DNA of 64,000 nt, from assembly GCA_965221925.1 (NCBI GenBank), contig OZ244924.1:1929352-1993351 (forward strand), read 5' to 3'. A program made the translations under genes and the position numbers. Shown one piece after another: positions 18,422-27,036 of the stretch. Below the pieces are notes generated by a model. That model was not told the DNA's origin and made no database searches. It saw only the letters and a list, made by a program, of their open reading frames with translations. The stretch is from Dehalococcoidia bacterium (GTDB lineage: Bacteria; Chloroflexota; Dehalococcoidia; Lucifugimonadales; UBA2985). The stretch's first letter is position 1. The number at the start of each line of letters is the position of its first letter.

Positions 18422-20701
18422 ATGGCTACCACCAAAGAGCGTTCCAGTGAGTACAGAGTCGTTGGCACCAGGCCAATCAGGCACGACGGCGTGGATAAGG
18501 TAACCGGTCGAGCCAAGTACGGGGCCGACGTTCATCCGGCGGGTCTCCTGCACGGAAAGACTCTACGCAGCCCCCACGCTCACGCGCGCATCAAGTCCAT
18601 TGACGTGAGCAAGGCGCTCAAGCATCCGGGGGTTAAGGCGGTGGTGACCAGCAAGGACCTCCCGGAGACTCCGGACGAGCCTGTATCCCTGGGAGAGGGG
18701 CCTATGGTCAACCTGCGGCTGCTATCGGCGAACATCCTGGCCCAGGACAAGGCTCTCTACAAAGGCCACGCCATAGCCGCCGTGGCGGCGGAGTCGCAGC
18801 ACATCGCGGAGGAGGCCCTTGACCTCATTGACGTTGAGTACGAGGTTCTCCCCCCCGTCCTGACGGCTCCCGAAGCCATGAAGGAGGGCGCTCCCATTCT
18901 GAACGAGAGCATGACCACCATGTCTCTTGGCAAGGACACCGGCGAGGTCAGCAACGTAGCAACGCATACCAGGTTCGCCGCGGGAGACGTGGAGAAGGGG
19001 TTTGCGGAAGCCGACCTGATCATAGAGAGGGAGTTCACCACTCCCACGGTGCACCAGGGGTACATTGAGCCCCAGTCCGTCACGGCGCTGTGGAGCCCCG
19101 ATGGCGAGATCACCATATGGACCAGCACTCAGGGCCACTTTGGCATCAGGCAGAACGCTGCCGCTGTGCTGGGGGTGCCCGTGTCCCAAGTCCGCGTAAT
19201 ACCCATGGAGATCGGAGGCGGGTTTGGGGGGAAGACCACCTTCTACTTCGAGCCCCCGGCGGCCGTGCTGTCCAGAATGACGGGCCAGCCGGTGAAGATG
19301 ACCATGACCCGCACAGAGGTCCTGGAGGCCACAGGCCCCGGGTCCGGCACCTACTCCCGGGTGAAGATGGGCGTCAAGAACGATGGCTCCATAGTCGCCG
19401 CCCAAGGCTACCTGGCCTTTGAGGCGGGAGCGTTCCCGGGCTCTGCGGTGAACGCGGGCGCCATGTGCATGCTCAACATATACAACATTGAGCACATACT
19501 CATAGACGCTTACGACGTGGTGGTGAACAAGCCCAAGGTCGCCGCCTATCGCGCCCCCGGGTCTCCCCAGGCCACCTTCGCCGTTGAGTGCGTGGTGGAT
19601 GAGATCTGCGAGCAGTTGGGCATGGACCCAATGGAGTTCCACCTGAAGAACGCCTCCAAGGAGGGGGACCGCCAGGCCACCGGTGTCCCGTTTCCCAAGA
19701 TAGGGAACGTGGAGACCCTCATGGCCGCAAAGGAGAGCGACCACTACAACACCCCACTGGAGGGGAAGTATCGCGGCAGGGGCATTGCCAGCGGTTTCTG
19801 GTTCAACGGCGGAATGCAGTCAAGCTGCAACATCGCCGTCAACCCGGACGGCACGGTCAACCTTGTAGAGGGTTCGGTGGACATCGGCGGGACCAGGGCG
19901 GCCATTGCCATGCAGGCCGCCGAGGTGCTTGGACTCCGGGCGGAGGACGTGCACCCCGTTGTGGCCGACACCAACTCCGTGGGGTATACCGCCGTGACAG
20001 GCGGAAGCCGCGTGGCCTTTGCGACAGGCTGGGCCGCCTACGAGGCCGCTCAGGACGTAGTGAAGCAGATGAAGGAGCGGGTGGCAAGGCTGTGGGAGAC
20101 ATCGGAGGACGAGGTGGAGTTTGATGAAGCGGTCTTCACCCGCAGGGGTAACCCGGAGCAGCAAGTAACGTTCAAGGAGCTGTCCGGACGCCTGATGGAG
20201 ACGGGCGGCCCGTTGGCGGGCAAGAGCGCCGTTTCCCCTCGTGGCGTAGGCGCCGCCTTCGGCCACCACATCGTGGACGTTGAGGTGGACCCGGAGACGG
20301 GCAAGGTTGACGTGCTCCGCTACACGGCGCTCCAGGACGTGGGCAAGGCCATTCATCCCAGCTACGTGGAGGGGCAGATACAGGGTGGCGCTGTCCAGGG
20401 TATTGGCTGGGCCATCAATGAGGAGTACTTCTACAACGACCAGGGCCTCATGGCAAACGCCTCCTTGCTGGACTATCGTATGCCAACGTCCCTTGACCTG
20501 CCCATGATCGACACCATTCTGGTGGAGGTCCCCAATCCGGGCCACCCCTTCGGCGTGCGCGGCGTGGGCGAGGTGCCGATAGTGCCCCCGCTCGCAGCCA
20601 TTGCCAACGCGGTCTCGCGCGCCATAGGCGTGAGGATGTACGACCTGCCCATGAACCCCGGCCACATCCTGAAAGCGTTGTGGGAGAAGAACGGGGAGTA
20701 G
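18422..20701 (+). CDS. xanthine dehydrogenase/aldehyde oxidase family molybdopterin-binding subunit
   Basis: About 760 aa. RHDGVDKVTGRAKYGAD N-terminus (a/b hammerhead) and two MoCo-binding domains. An alternative GTG start lies at 18407. No FeS or FAD subunit genes are adjacent. Confidence 0.8.
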   Translation: MATTKERSSEYRVVGTRPIRHDGVDKVTGRAKYGADVHPAGLLHGKTLRSPHAHARIKSIDVSKALKHPGVKAVVTSKDLPETPDEPVSLGEGPMVNLRLLSANILAQDKALYKGHAIAAVAAESQHIAEEALDLIDVEYEVLPPVLTAPEAMKEGAPILNESMTTMSLGKDTGEVSNVATHTRFAAGDVEKGFAEADLIIEREFTTPTVHQGYIEPQSVTALWSPDGEITIWTSTQGHFGIRQNAAAVLGVPVSQVRVIPMEIGGGFGGKTTFYFEPPAAVLSRMTGQPVKMTMTRTEVLEATGPGSGTYSRVKMGVKNDGSIVAAQGYLAFEAGAFPGSAVNAGAMCMLNIYNIEHILIDAYDVVVNKPKVAAYRAPGSPQATFAVECVVDEICEQLGMDPMEFHLKNASKEGDRQATGVPFPKIGNVETLMAAKESDHYNTPLEGKYRGRGIASGFWFNGGMQSSCNIAVNPDGTVNLVEGSVDIGGTRAAIAMQAAEVLGLRAEDVHPVVADTNSVGYTAVTGGSRVAFATGWAAYEAAQDVVKQMKERVARLWETSEDEVEFDEAVFTRRGNPEQQVTFKELSGRLMETGGPLAGKSAVSPRGVGAAFGHHIVDVEVDPETGKVDVLRYTALQDVGKAIHPSYVEGQIQGGAVQGIGWAINEEYFYNDQGLMANASLLDYRMPTSLDLPMIDTILVEVPNPGHPFGVRGVGEVPIVPPLAAIANAVSRAIGVRMYDLPMNPGHILKALWEKNGE

Positions 20702-20775
20702 ACAACAGCGAAAGCGCCCGCGCCGCGCTATGTCCGTAGCGCGCGGGTGAGCTTGCCTGGTTTGCGCGCTAGAAA

Positions 20776-20806
20776 GACCCAGGCCCTGCGGGGCCTGGGT
20801 CTTTTA
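20776..20806 (+). terminator. intrinsic terminator
   Basis: GACCCAGGCCC-TGCG-GGGCCTGGGTC followed by TTTTAC, 75 nt after the stop at 20701. Confidence 0.75.
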
Positions 20807-20927
20807 CTCTTCACATACAACGCCGTCTCCGTCACCGTCGCGAGCGCTGGGTACCCTGGACTGCGGGAAGCCGTGGCCATCTCCATTGCTGCCCCGCATG
20901 CGCTGCTCACCGGCTGCCTCCGCCTCG

Positions 20928-21074
20928 TCACATGAACCGTAGATTGTTTCGGAGTCGGAGGTTGGCATCTGTGATCGACAATGGCTCTGGCGTCGCTGCG
21001 GGAGAGTTAAAGCAGGCCGTCACCAGCAGAGTCATAGCAACTGCCATCGGCAAGATGCGTATGAGGTATTTCAT
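20928..21074 (-). CDS. possible small lipoprotein
   Basis: 48 aa from [21 protein letters not shown] (signal-like with a VTAC lipobox). Weak RBS and no homology recognised. Confidence 0.25.
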   Translation of the reverse strand: MKYLIRILPMAVAMTLLVTACFNSPAATPEPLSITDANLRLRNNLRFM

Positions 21075-21140
21075 TACGCTTCTATTCTCAAGCGCTCGGA
21101 CGCGCCAAGAGACCCGTAAATCCAAGAGAGCCCTGGCGAA

Positions 21141-21776
21141 CTACTCTTTCCGAGGGGAGACGGTTATCTTCCTCTGCTCGCCCATCCCTGTGCTCTCCGT
21201 GGCAACCCTTGGGTTATCCGCCAGCGTAAGGTGTATAATGCGCCGCTCGTTGGCGGCCATTGGCTCCAGGGTGACGGACTGGCCCGTGGATAACACCCTC
21301 TCTGCGACCCGTGTGGCAAGCGTCCTGAGTGAGGCGTAGCGCCGCTCCCGGTATCCCTCTACGTCCAGTATCACGTGCCCCTCTGCCCTCCGGCCCACCA
21401 GCAGGTTGGTGATGAATTGGAGGGCTCTGAGGGTCTCGCCCCGGCGGCCGATGAGGAGCCCGGAGTCCTCGCCCTCTATCTCCAACTCCACCGTGTTCTC
21501 GCTGTCGGGTTCCGCAGGCTTGGGAGAGGTGAGAGCGGAGACCTTCATGTTCCGCAGCAGGTTGTCCACCACCAGCTTGGACAGGGTCGGGAGGCTGGAC
21601 GGCGGGGCTGTGAGAACCACCCGCACCCGCGCAGGCTCGGCCCCAAAGCCCAGGATTCCTCCCTTACCTTGGCTGATTACGTCTACTTCTACCTGACCTC
21701 GCTCTGCGCCTAGCTGCTCCAGAGCGATGTCGATTGCCTCCTCTACGGTTCTTCCCGTCACTTCCAGAGTCTCCAT
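21141..21776 (-). CDS. jag: RNA-binding protein Jag/KhpB
   Basis: 211 aa. Jag_N (METLEVTGRTVEEAIDIALEQLG), KH and R3H regions. AAGGAGA RBS. Confidence 0.88.
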   Translation of the reverse strand: METLEVTGRTVEEAIDIALEQLGAERGQVEVDVISQGKGGILGFGAEPARVRVVLTAPPSSLPTLSKLVVDNLLRNMKVSALTSPKPAEPDSENTVELEIEGEDSGLLIGRRGETLRALQFITNLLVGRRAEGHVILDVEGYRERRYASLRTLATRVAERVLSTGQSVTLEPMAANERRIIHLTLADNPRVATESTGMGEQRKITVSPRKE

Positions 21777-22575
21777 CTTGGTCCATCTCCTTGTCCGGCT
21801 GGACTGGGGCCATCTGAGGGGACGGCGCCGCAGCCTTGGAAGGGAGCAGGTTTCCCCAGCCGGTAATAAAATACTGAATCCCCATTTGAATCAGGTTGGA
21901 CGCTACCCAGTACAGGGCTAGGCCGCTGGGCAGCTGGAAAGAGAAGAAGGTCAGCATCAGCGGCATCATCCACAGCATCATGGTGTTGGTCTGGGCCTGC
22001 CTGGGGTCCGCCGATGGGACTGTGGACATCTTCTGAACGGCCCACATGGACAGGCCCACCAGGGCAGGGAGCAGGAAGTCGTTCTGCTGTCCGGGCCCCA
22101 TTGCCAGGTCCAGCCAGAGGAACTTGCTGTTCAGAGGCACCGCTTCGTTGACCATAGGCAGCCAGGAGTAGAGCTTCTGGGAGAGTCCTATGAGCCTCTC
22201 CGGCTGGGTTGGCAGGGTCTGGATGATGGCCTGGTACAGCCCTATCCAGATGGGCATCTGGATGAACATGGGGCCAAGGCAACCCAGGGGGTTGACGCCG
22301 CGCTCCTTATACAGGCGCATAGTCTCCTGGGACAGCCTCTGCCTGTCATCCTTGTACTTCTGCTGCAGGTCTTTGACAATAGGCTGTAGTTGGGACATCC
22401 CGCGGGTCATTCTGATCTGCTTGAGGGTCAGTGGCAGTGTGATCAAGCGGATTATGACGGTGAACAGCAGGATGCTAAGGCCAAAGTTGTCGAACAGGAT
22501 GGCGTAGAGGAACACCAGGCTGTTGGCCATTGGCCCAAGGATCAACTGGTCCCATATGAGGCCGATAAACTCCAA
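21664..22575 (-). CDS. yidC: membrane protein insertase YidC (short, Oxa1-type)
   Basis: 303 aa with multi-TM 60-kDa-IMP core motifs (PLTLKQ...MQ.LQP, NPLGGCLP-like GCLGPMFIQMPIW). Long basic C-terminal tail. The 3' end overlaps jag by 113 nt. Confidence 0.88.
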   Translation of the reverse strand: MEFIGLIWDQLILGPMANSLVFLYAILFDNFGLSILLFTVIIRLITLPLTLKQIRMTRGMSQLQPIVKDLQQKYKDDRQRLSQETMRLYKERGVNPLGCLGPMFIQMPIWIGLYQAIIQTLPTQPERLIGLSQKLYSWLPMVNEAVPLNSKFLWLDLAMGPGQQNDFLLPALVGLSMWAVQKMSTVPSADPRQAQTNTMMLWMMPLMLTFFSFQLPSGLALYWVASNLIQMGIQYFITGWGNLLPSKAAAPSPQMAPVQPDKEMDQDGDSGSDGKNRRGGNRHRSGAARRRARSGRSRRNQPR

Positions 22576-22684
22576 GATTCCCTACCTCACCACCCCGCTG
22601 CGGGGCCTGTGACCGGGTGATTGTTCAAGACCCGCCGCGGCTGTAGTCATGGATGCGTTGCGCCCCCCGGCCGGGTTGCGGATG

Positions 22685-23815
22685 TCATTCGCATTGCGGC
22701 CTTTCTTCCTTGGTGTCGTAGCACCATAGCTCTCGCCAGAATCCGCCCTCCAGGTCTGTGGCCCGGATGGAGTGGTCCATGGCGCTGATGTAGATAACCG
22801 AATCGGAGGAGGTGAGCGGAGCCCGGATGGGGTCCCTGGCGGAGAAGGAGCGTATTTCCTGGCCGTCCTCTGTGCGCAGCAGGAAGAGGTCGCCCTCATC
22901 GTTGGCGACCGCTACGCCGTCCGGGATCAGCGCGGGACCCGATACTATGGGGCCGTTGGTCTGGAAGGGGGCCGGCCATACGGGTATCCCGGTGTGGGCG
23001 TTCAGGGCGTATAAGTTGCCGTCCAGGGAGCCAACGTAAATGGCGTCTCCGTCCGAGGCCGCCCTGGTCCAGAACCAGTTCTGCGCCCTGAAGGGCGCGG
23101 CCCAAGCCTCCACTCCCGTGGCCGCATCCAGGGCGTAGAAGTTCCGGTCAAAGGAGCCTATGTAGACGCGTCCACCCACGATGAGCGGCGTTGAGGCCAC
23201 GGCGCCGTTGGTTGGGAAACGCCACAACTCCCGCCCCTCGCTGAGGCTGACGGCGTAGACGTTCCGGTCCAGCGAGCCGAAGTATACGGCGGCGTCGTGC
23301 ACCACAGGGGTTGACCATATCTTGTTGCCGGCCTGGAACCGCCACTTCTCAGTCCCCCGGGCTGCGTCCAGGGCGTAGAGGTTTCCATCAGAGGAACCCA
23401 CAATTACCGTGTCCCCGGCCACCGTGGGCGATCCTACAATGTGGTCTCCGGTGGGGAACTCCCAAACCTTGGCCCGCGTGACGGGGTCGATGGCGTGCAG
23501 TATTCCGATCTCCTCTCCGTAGGAGCCCACGTATATCAGTCTTTCCGTCACGGCTGGGCTGCCATAGATCCCGACCAGGGATTCGTCACTGCTGCCAGGA
23601 TAGCTCCACAGAAGAGCGCCGTTGTTCCTGTCCAGGGCCAGGAGCTCGGCCTGCCGAGAGCCTATGTAGATGGCGTCGCCGGCCACAACCGCCCCTGACC
23701 ATCCGGATGTGGCGGTGAATCTGGCCGCCTCGCATCCGGCCAATGCCAGGAGCGCCAGAGGCGCGAGAAGAAGGAGGAGGCGGAGACTCGCCCTCGGTGA
23801 CCCTGGATTAGCCAA
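22685..23815 (-). CDS. PQQ-like beta-propeller repeat lipoprotein
   Basis: Repeated ...YVGS.DG.LYALDA..G...W motifs. Likely TTG start at 23815 (GGAGGA 8 nt upstream), giving signal RASLRLLLLLAPLALLALAGC with a lipobox. Confidence 0.75.
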   Translation of the reverse strand: MANPGSPRASLRLLLLLAPLALLALAGCEAARFTATSGWSGAVVAGDAIYIGSRQAELLALDRNNGALLWSYPGSSDESLVGIYGSPAVTERLIYVGSYGEEIGILHAIDPVTRAKVWEFPTGDHIVGSPTVAGDTVIVGSSDGNLYALDAARGTEKWRFQAGNKIWSTPVVHDAAVYFGSLDRNVYAVSLSEGRELWRFPTNGAVASTPLIVGGRVYIGSFDRNFYALDAATGVEAWAAPFRAQNWFWTRAASDGDAIYVGSLDGNLYALNAHTGIPVWPAPFQTNGPIVSGPALIPDGVAVANDEGDLFLLRTEDGQEIRSFSARDPIRAPLTSSDSVIYISAMDHSIRATDLEGGFWRELWCYDTKEERPQCE

Positions 23816-23903
23816 GATTTGATTCCTCCACGCTTCCGTAAAATATGAGGGCGCACGGAGCGCCCTGGACTGCCGGATAGAGAGACGCTTGCATGGGAAG
23901 GCT

Positions 23904-24113
23904 TCAGGGAACCGGGTCGTAGCCCCTGCTGCCAATGGGTGTGCATCGGGACAACCTGCCCAGACTCAACCACAGCCCTCGAAAGAGGCCGTGCCGGGAG
24001 ATGGCCTGGCGTGAATACTCGGAGCAGGTCGGCTCATACCGGCAGCAGACTGGCAGGAAGGGCGATACCGCCCTTTGGTACAGTCCTATGGCTGCCAGCG
24101 CTCCCCTCTTCAT
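23904..24113 (-). CDS. yidD: membrane protein insertion efficiency factor YidD
   Basis: 69 aa from MKRGALAAIGLYQRAVSPFLPVCCRYEPTCSEY. ATGA overlap with the rnpA stop. Confidence 0.88.
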   Translation of the reverse strand: MKRGALAAIGLYQRAVSPFLPVCCRYEPTCSEYSRQAISRHGLFRGLWLSLGRLSRCTPIGSRGYDPVP

Positions 24114-24472
24114 GCCCTCACCTTCTCTATCTCGGAGACGGCAGCCAGCAGGTCGGCTCTGCGGAGCAGCCCTCTCACGGAAGCATTCAACTGATGGTAG
24201 TCGGCGGACCCTGCCCTGGCGCGGGCGATGAATACCATATCCCACCCGGTCTTGACCGGTGTGTGGCGGGTCGCCTCCCTCAGCCTTCGCTTTATGGTGT
24301 TCCTGTTCACTGCGTTGCCTGTCCGCTTCCCCACGCTGAACCCAAATCTATTGCCGCCGTCCGTGCCGTTGGGCAACGCTTTCAGCACCAGGAAGCTGTT
24401 GGCCCAGGACCGCCCAAGGCGATAGACAAGGGAGAAATCCCGAGACTTCCTGAGGCGAAGCTCCTTCTGCAT
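24110..24472 (-). CDS. rnpA: ribonuclease P protein component
   Basis: 120 aa. LRKSRDFSLVYR...GFSVGKRTGNAVNRNTIKRRLRE. Confidence 0.9.
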   Translation of the reverse strand: MQKELRLRKSRDFSLVYRLGRSWANSFLVLKALPNGTDGGNRFGFSVGKRTGNAVNRNTIKRRLREATRHTPVKTGWDMVFIARARAGSADYHQLNASVRGLLRRADLLAAVSEIEKVRA

Positions 24473-24516
24473 TGAGCCTTGTGGTAAGCCGCAAGGACGG
24501 GATTAGCCGCATGCAG

Positions 24517-24654
24517 CTATACCGTGAGTCTCTCCCGACCCTTGAAGCGTCGCCGCTTCAGGACGTTCTGTCCGCCGCGGGTCTGCATTCGGGAGAAGAA
24601 GCCGTGAACTCTTTTCCTTCGTCTGACTTTTGGTTGATAAGTACGCTTTGGCAT
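24517..24654 (-). CDS. rpmH: 50S ribosomal protein L34
   Basis: 45 aa. [45 protein letters not shown]. Confidence 0.95.
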   Translation of the reverse strand: MPKRTYQPKVRRRKRVHGFFSRMQTRGGQNVLKRRRFKGRERLTV

Positions 24655-24669
24655 GGTTATCTGCGGTGG

Positions 24670-24699
24670 ATTATAATTCCTGTTGGCTGCGGGTGTCAA
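24670..24699 (-). promoter_or_regulatory. candidate near-consensus promoter of rpmH-rnpA
   Basis: Minus strand TTGACA (24694-24699), 18 nt, then TATAAT (24670-24675). Only 15 nt separate the -10 from the rpmH ATG. Confidence 0.5.
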
Positions 24700-24779
24700 T
24701 TGAGGTGGGCCCGGCTTTGCTCCTTTGACCGTGGTTGGCGGCCGTATTACAATGGTTCAAACCCCGCGCCTTAGGGCGA

Positions 24780-24850
24780 TGCCCGGTAGTGTAGCGGTAG
24801 CACGTCAGCCTTTGGAGCTGAAGTCCCTGGTTCGAATCCAGGCCGGGCAG
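24780..24850 (+). tRNA. tRNA-Gln (anticodon UUG)
   Basis: Manual cloverleaf with acceptor TGCCCGG/CCGGGCA (U1-A72), D arm GTGT-AGCGGTA-GCAC, anticodon arm TCAGC-CTTTGGA-GCTGA and T arm CCTGG-TTCGAAT-CCAGG. CCA is not encoded. Confidence 0.9.
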
Positions 24851-24949
24851 CACGTTTGGCGCAGGTCAGCCGCCCCTGAACTCCACGCAATGGCGCCTCC
24901 GACGCGCGCCCCGGCGCCACAGTCCGAGGTCGCCGAAGCCTCTCCCGCT

Positions 24950-25993
24950 CTAAAGGGGAAGGTGGACGGATTTCCGAGACTGGGCGCTCCGGGCCACCGC
25001 CTCCGTAAACTCCATGTAGGCCACCCCGTCCTCAAACGTGGTGCGCCTTACCGGTTCCAAGCCGCGGATGGCGTTGACGAACTCCTCTTCAACCCGCCAT
25101 GTCTCCTCCTTTTCGGGAGGGACCGCAATCTCCTTCAGGGAGTCATCGCCCCGGCGTCCGCCGTACAGCGTCATGGAGCCGGTTTTCAGGTGGAGGGTAC
25201 CCTCCGTACCGAAGAGCCAGACGTCTCCGGAGGCGCCAAGGCCGGTGACGGAGCTGAAGGCCAGGCGCCCCTGCGCGCCGCCGGCGAACCGGCACAGCGC
25301 ATCCACGTGGTCTGGAATGGTGACCGGTCTGAGCAGCCCCTGGGCATCCATCCGTTGGTTGACGGTTACACTGGTCATGGCAAAGACCTCGGTGGCGGGG
25401 CCTATCCAGCGCATCAGGGCCTCGTACCACACGCCAAGGAACAGCGCGTTGTATCCGCTCACGGCGCGGTCGTGGCGCCATTGCAGCGGTCCTCCAAACT
25501 CTGGGAAGCCCCCCTGCGTAGCGCGCATCTCCACGGATGTAAGGGATCCCAGATAGCCCGACCCTATCAGGTCCTGAATTGTGCGGTCCACCTTGAGCGT
25601 GAAGGGTGATGGCACCACCTGGGCAACCAGGCGCGGGTTTCTGCGAGAGGCTTGAAGCATGGCCTTTGCCTCGGAGGCGTCCATGGCCATGCGCGCCTCC
25701 GTAAGAATGTGCTTGCCCGCATCCAGGGCGGACAGCGTGACGGGGCAGTGCATGTAGGGCCAGGTCCCAACGCAGACCGCGTCCACGTCCGGGGACTGGA
25801 CCAGCTCCCGCCAGTCCTCGAATACGCGGCCGATCCCAAATTCGTCCGCGGCGCGACGGCCGGACTCCAAGCTGCGGTTGGCTACGCCTACCACCTGGAC
25901 ACCCTCCAGGGCCTGGAAGCCGGGGATGTGCCGCGCGCGGCTATTAGCCCCGGCGCCCACAACGCCGATCCGTATGCTGTCACTGTAGCTCAT
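24950..25993 (-). CDS. Gfo/Idh/MocA family oxidoreductase
   Basis: 347 aa. IRIGVVGAGANSRARHIPGF Rossmann N-terminus typical of the family. Confidence 0.8.
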   Translation of the reverse strand: MSYSDSIRIGVVGAGANSRARHIPGFQALEGVQVVGVANRSLESGRRAADEFGIGRVFEDWRELVQSPDVDAVCVGTWPYMHCPVTLSALDAGKHILTEARMAMDASEAKAMLQASRRNPRLVAQVVPSPFTLKVDRTIQDLIGSGYLGSLTSVEMRATQGGFPEFGGPLQWRHDRAVSGYNALFLGVWYEALMRWIGPATEVFAMTSVTVNQRMDAQGLLRPVTIPDHVDALCRFAGGAQGRLAFSSVTGLGASGDVWLFGTEGTLHLKTGSMTLYGGRRGDDSLKEIAVPPEKEETWRVEEEFVNAIRGLEPVRRTTFEDGVAYMEFTEAVARSAQSRKSVHLPL

Positions 25994-26142
25994 GGCATCT
26001 CCTCACCGGCGCCCGTCGCGGACTGGACGGCCCTACCCTCTCTCTATTTTGAGCAGGCGCCTCCGGGGTTAATCTCCGACAATAGCAGAAGTGGGTACAG
26101 CGCAGGTGTACCCACTTCTCTAAACCTCCGGGACTGCCTGCT

Positions 26143-26805
26143 CTAGCTGCTTGGGTCTTTGACCTTTCTGAGATAGGGCGTGACTGTCTCCCAGCCGTCC
26201 GGGAAGAGCTCCTTTGCCGCCTCGTTGTTCACGGACGGCAGAATGATCACGTCCTGGCCCTTCTCCCAGTTAGCAGGGGTGCCCACCTTGTGGTTGGCCG
26301 TTACCTGGCAGGAATCGAGCACGCGAAGCAGCTCATCGAAGTTCCGGCCAGAGCTCATTGGGTAGGTCAAGCTCATCTTGACCTTCTTATCGGGGCCTAC
26401 CAGGAACACGGAGCGGACCGTCTGGTTGTCCGCCGCCGTCCTTCCCTCGGAGGAGTCCCCGCCGTCCGCGGGCAGCATGTCGTAGAGCTTGGCGACGTTC
26501 AGATCCTCGTCGGCTATGATGGGGAAGTTGAGTTCGGTGCCGGCAAGCGCCTCGATGTCCGCAGCCCACCTCATGTGGTCATCCACCTTGTCCACGCTCA
26601 GGCCGATGACCTTGCAGGAACGCTTTTGGAACTCGCCGTTGATCTTTGCGACATAGCTGAGTTCGGTCGCGCAGACGGGTGTGAAGTCCTTTGGATGGGA
26701 GAATAGCATGGCCCATCCATCACCCATCCAATCGTGGAAACTGATCCTGCCGTCGCTGGTTTCCGCGGTGAAGTCGGGCGCCGTGTCGTTGATTCGTAGT
26801 GACAT
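26143..26805 (-). CDS. peroxiredoxin (1-Cys/Prx6 type)
   Basis: 220 aa from MSLRINDTAPDFTAET. Peroxidatic motif HPKDFTPVCATEL. The longer ORF to 27102 has no support. Confidence 0.88.
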   Translation of the reverse strand: MSLRINDTAPDFTAETSDGRISFHDWMGDGWAMLFSHPKDFTPVCATELSYVAKINGEFQKRSCKVIGLSVDKVDDHMRWAADIEALAGTELNFPIIADEDLNVAKLYDMLPADGGDSSEGRTAADNQTVRSVFLVGPDKKVKMSLTYPMSSGRNFDELLRVLDSCQVTANHKVGTPANWEKGQDVIILPSVNNEAAKELFPDGWETVTPYLRKVKDPSS

Positions 26806-27036
26806 GTCCTGGTTACTCCTTTGCCCTAAAAATTGCTCCCGTGATGGAGTTGGATATACATCAAGTTTACACCATTCTCCTCCTCCCTGCCAATGGCGCG
26901 GCCCTGGAATTCCCGTGCGACCTGTGACGGTTTTGGTCTCGACTTGAGCCTGAACCTGGAGTAAAATCCATGTGCGGTTGTATGAGACCGCACTGACGTT
27001 TGCAGAGTTTAGGGAAATTGCAGAAGGGGGTGAACC

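Noticed and set aside
18422-20701. Linking the molybdenum hydroxylase to selenium, as a Se-dependent XDH, because selD is present.
   Set aside because: No supporting genes such as yqeB/yqeC-like genes are adjacent and there is no sequence feature to test. This is pure speculation.
24655-24780. oriC/DnaA boxes next to rpmH.
   Set aside because: Only weak partial matches to TTATCCACA were seen by eye, such as GGTGGATTA and TTATCTGCG. There is no cluster, no AT-rich unwinding element and no dnaA, so no claim is made.
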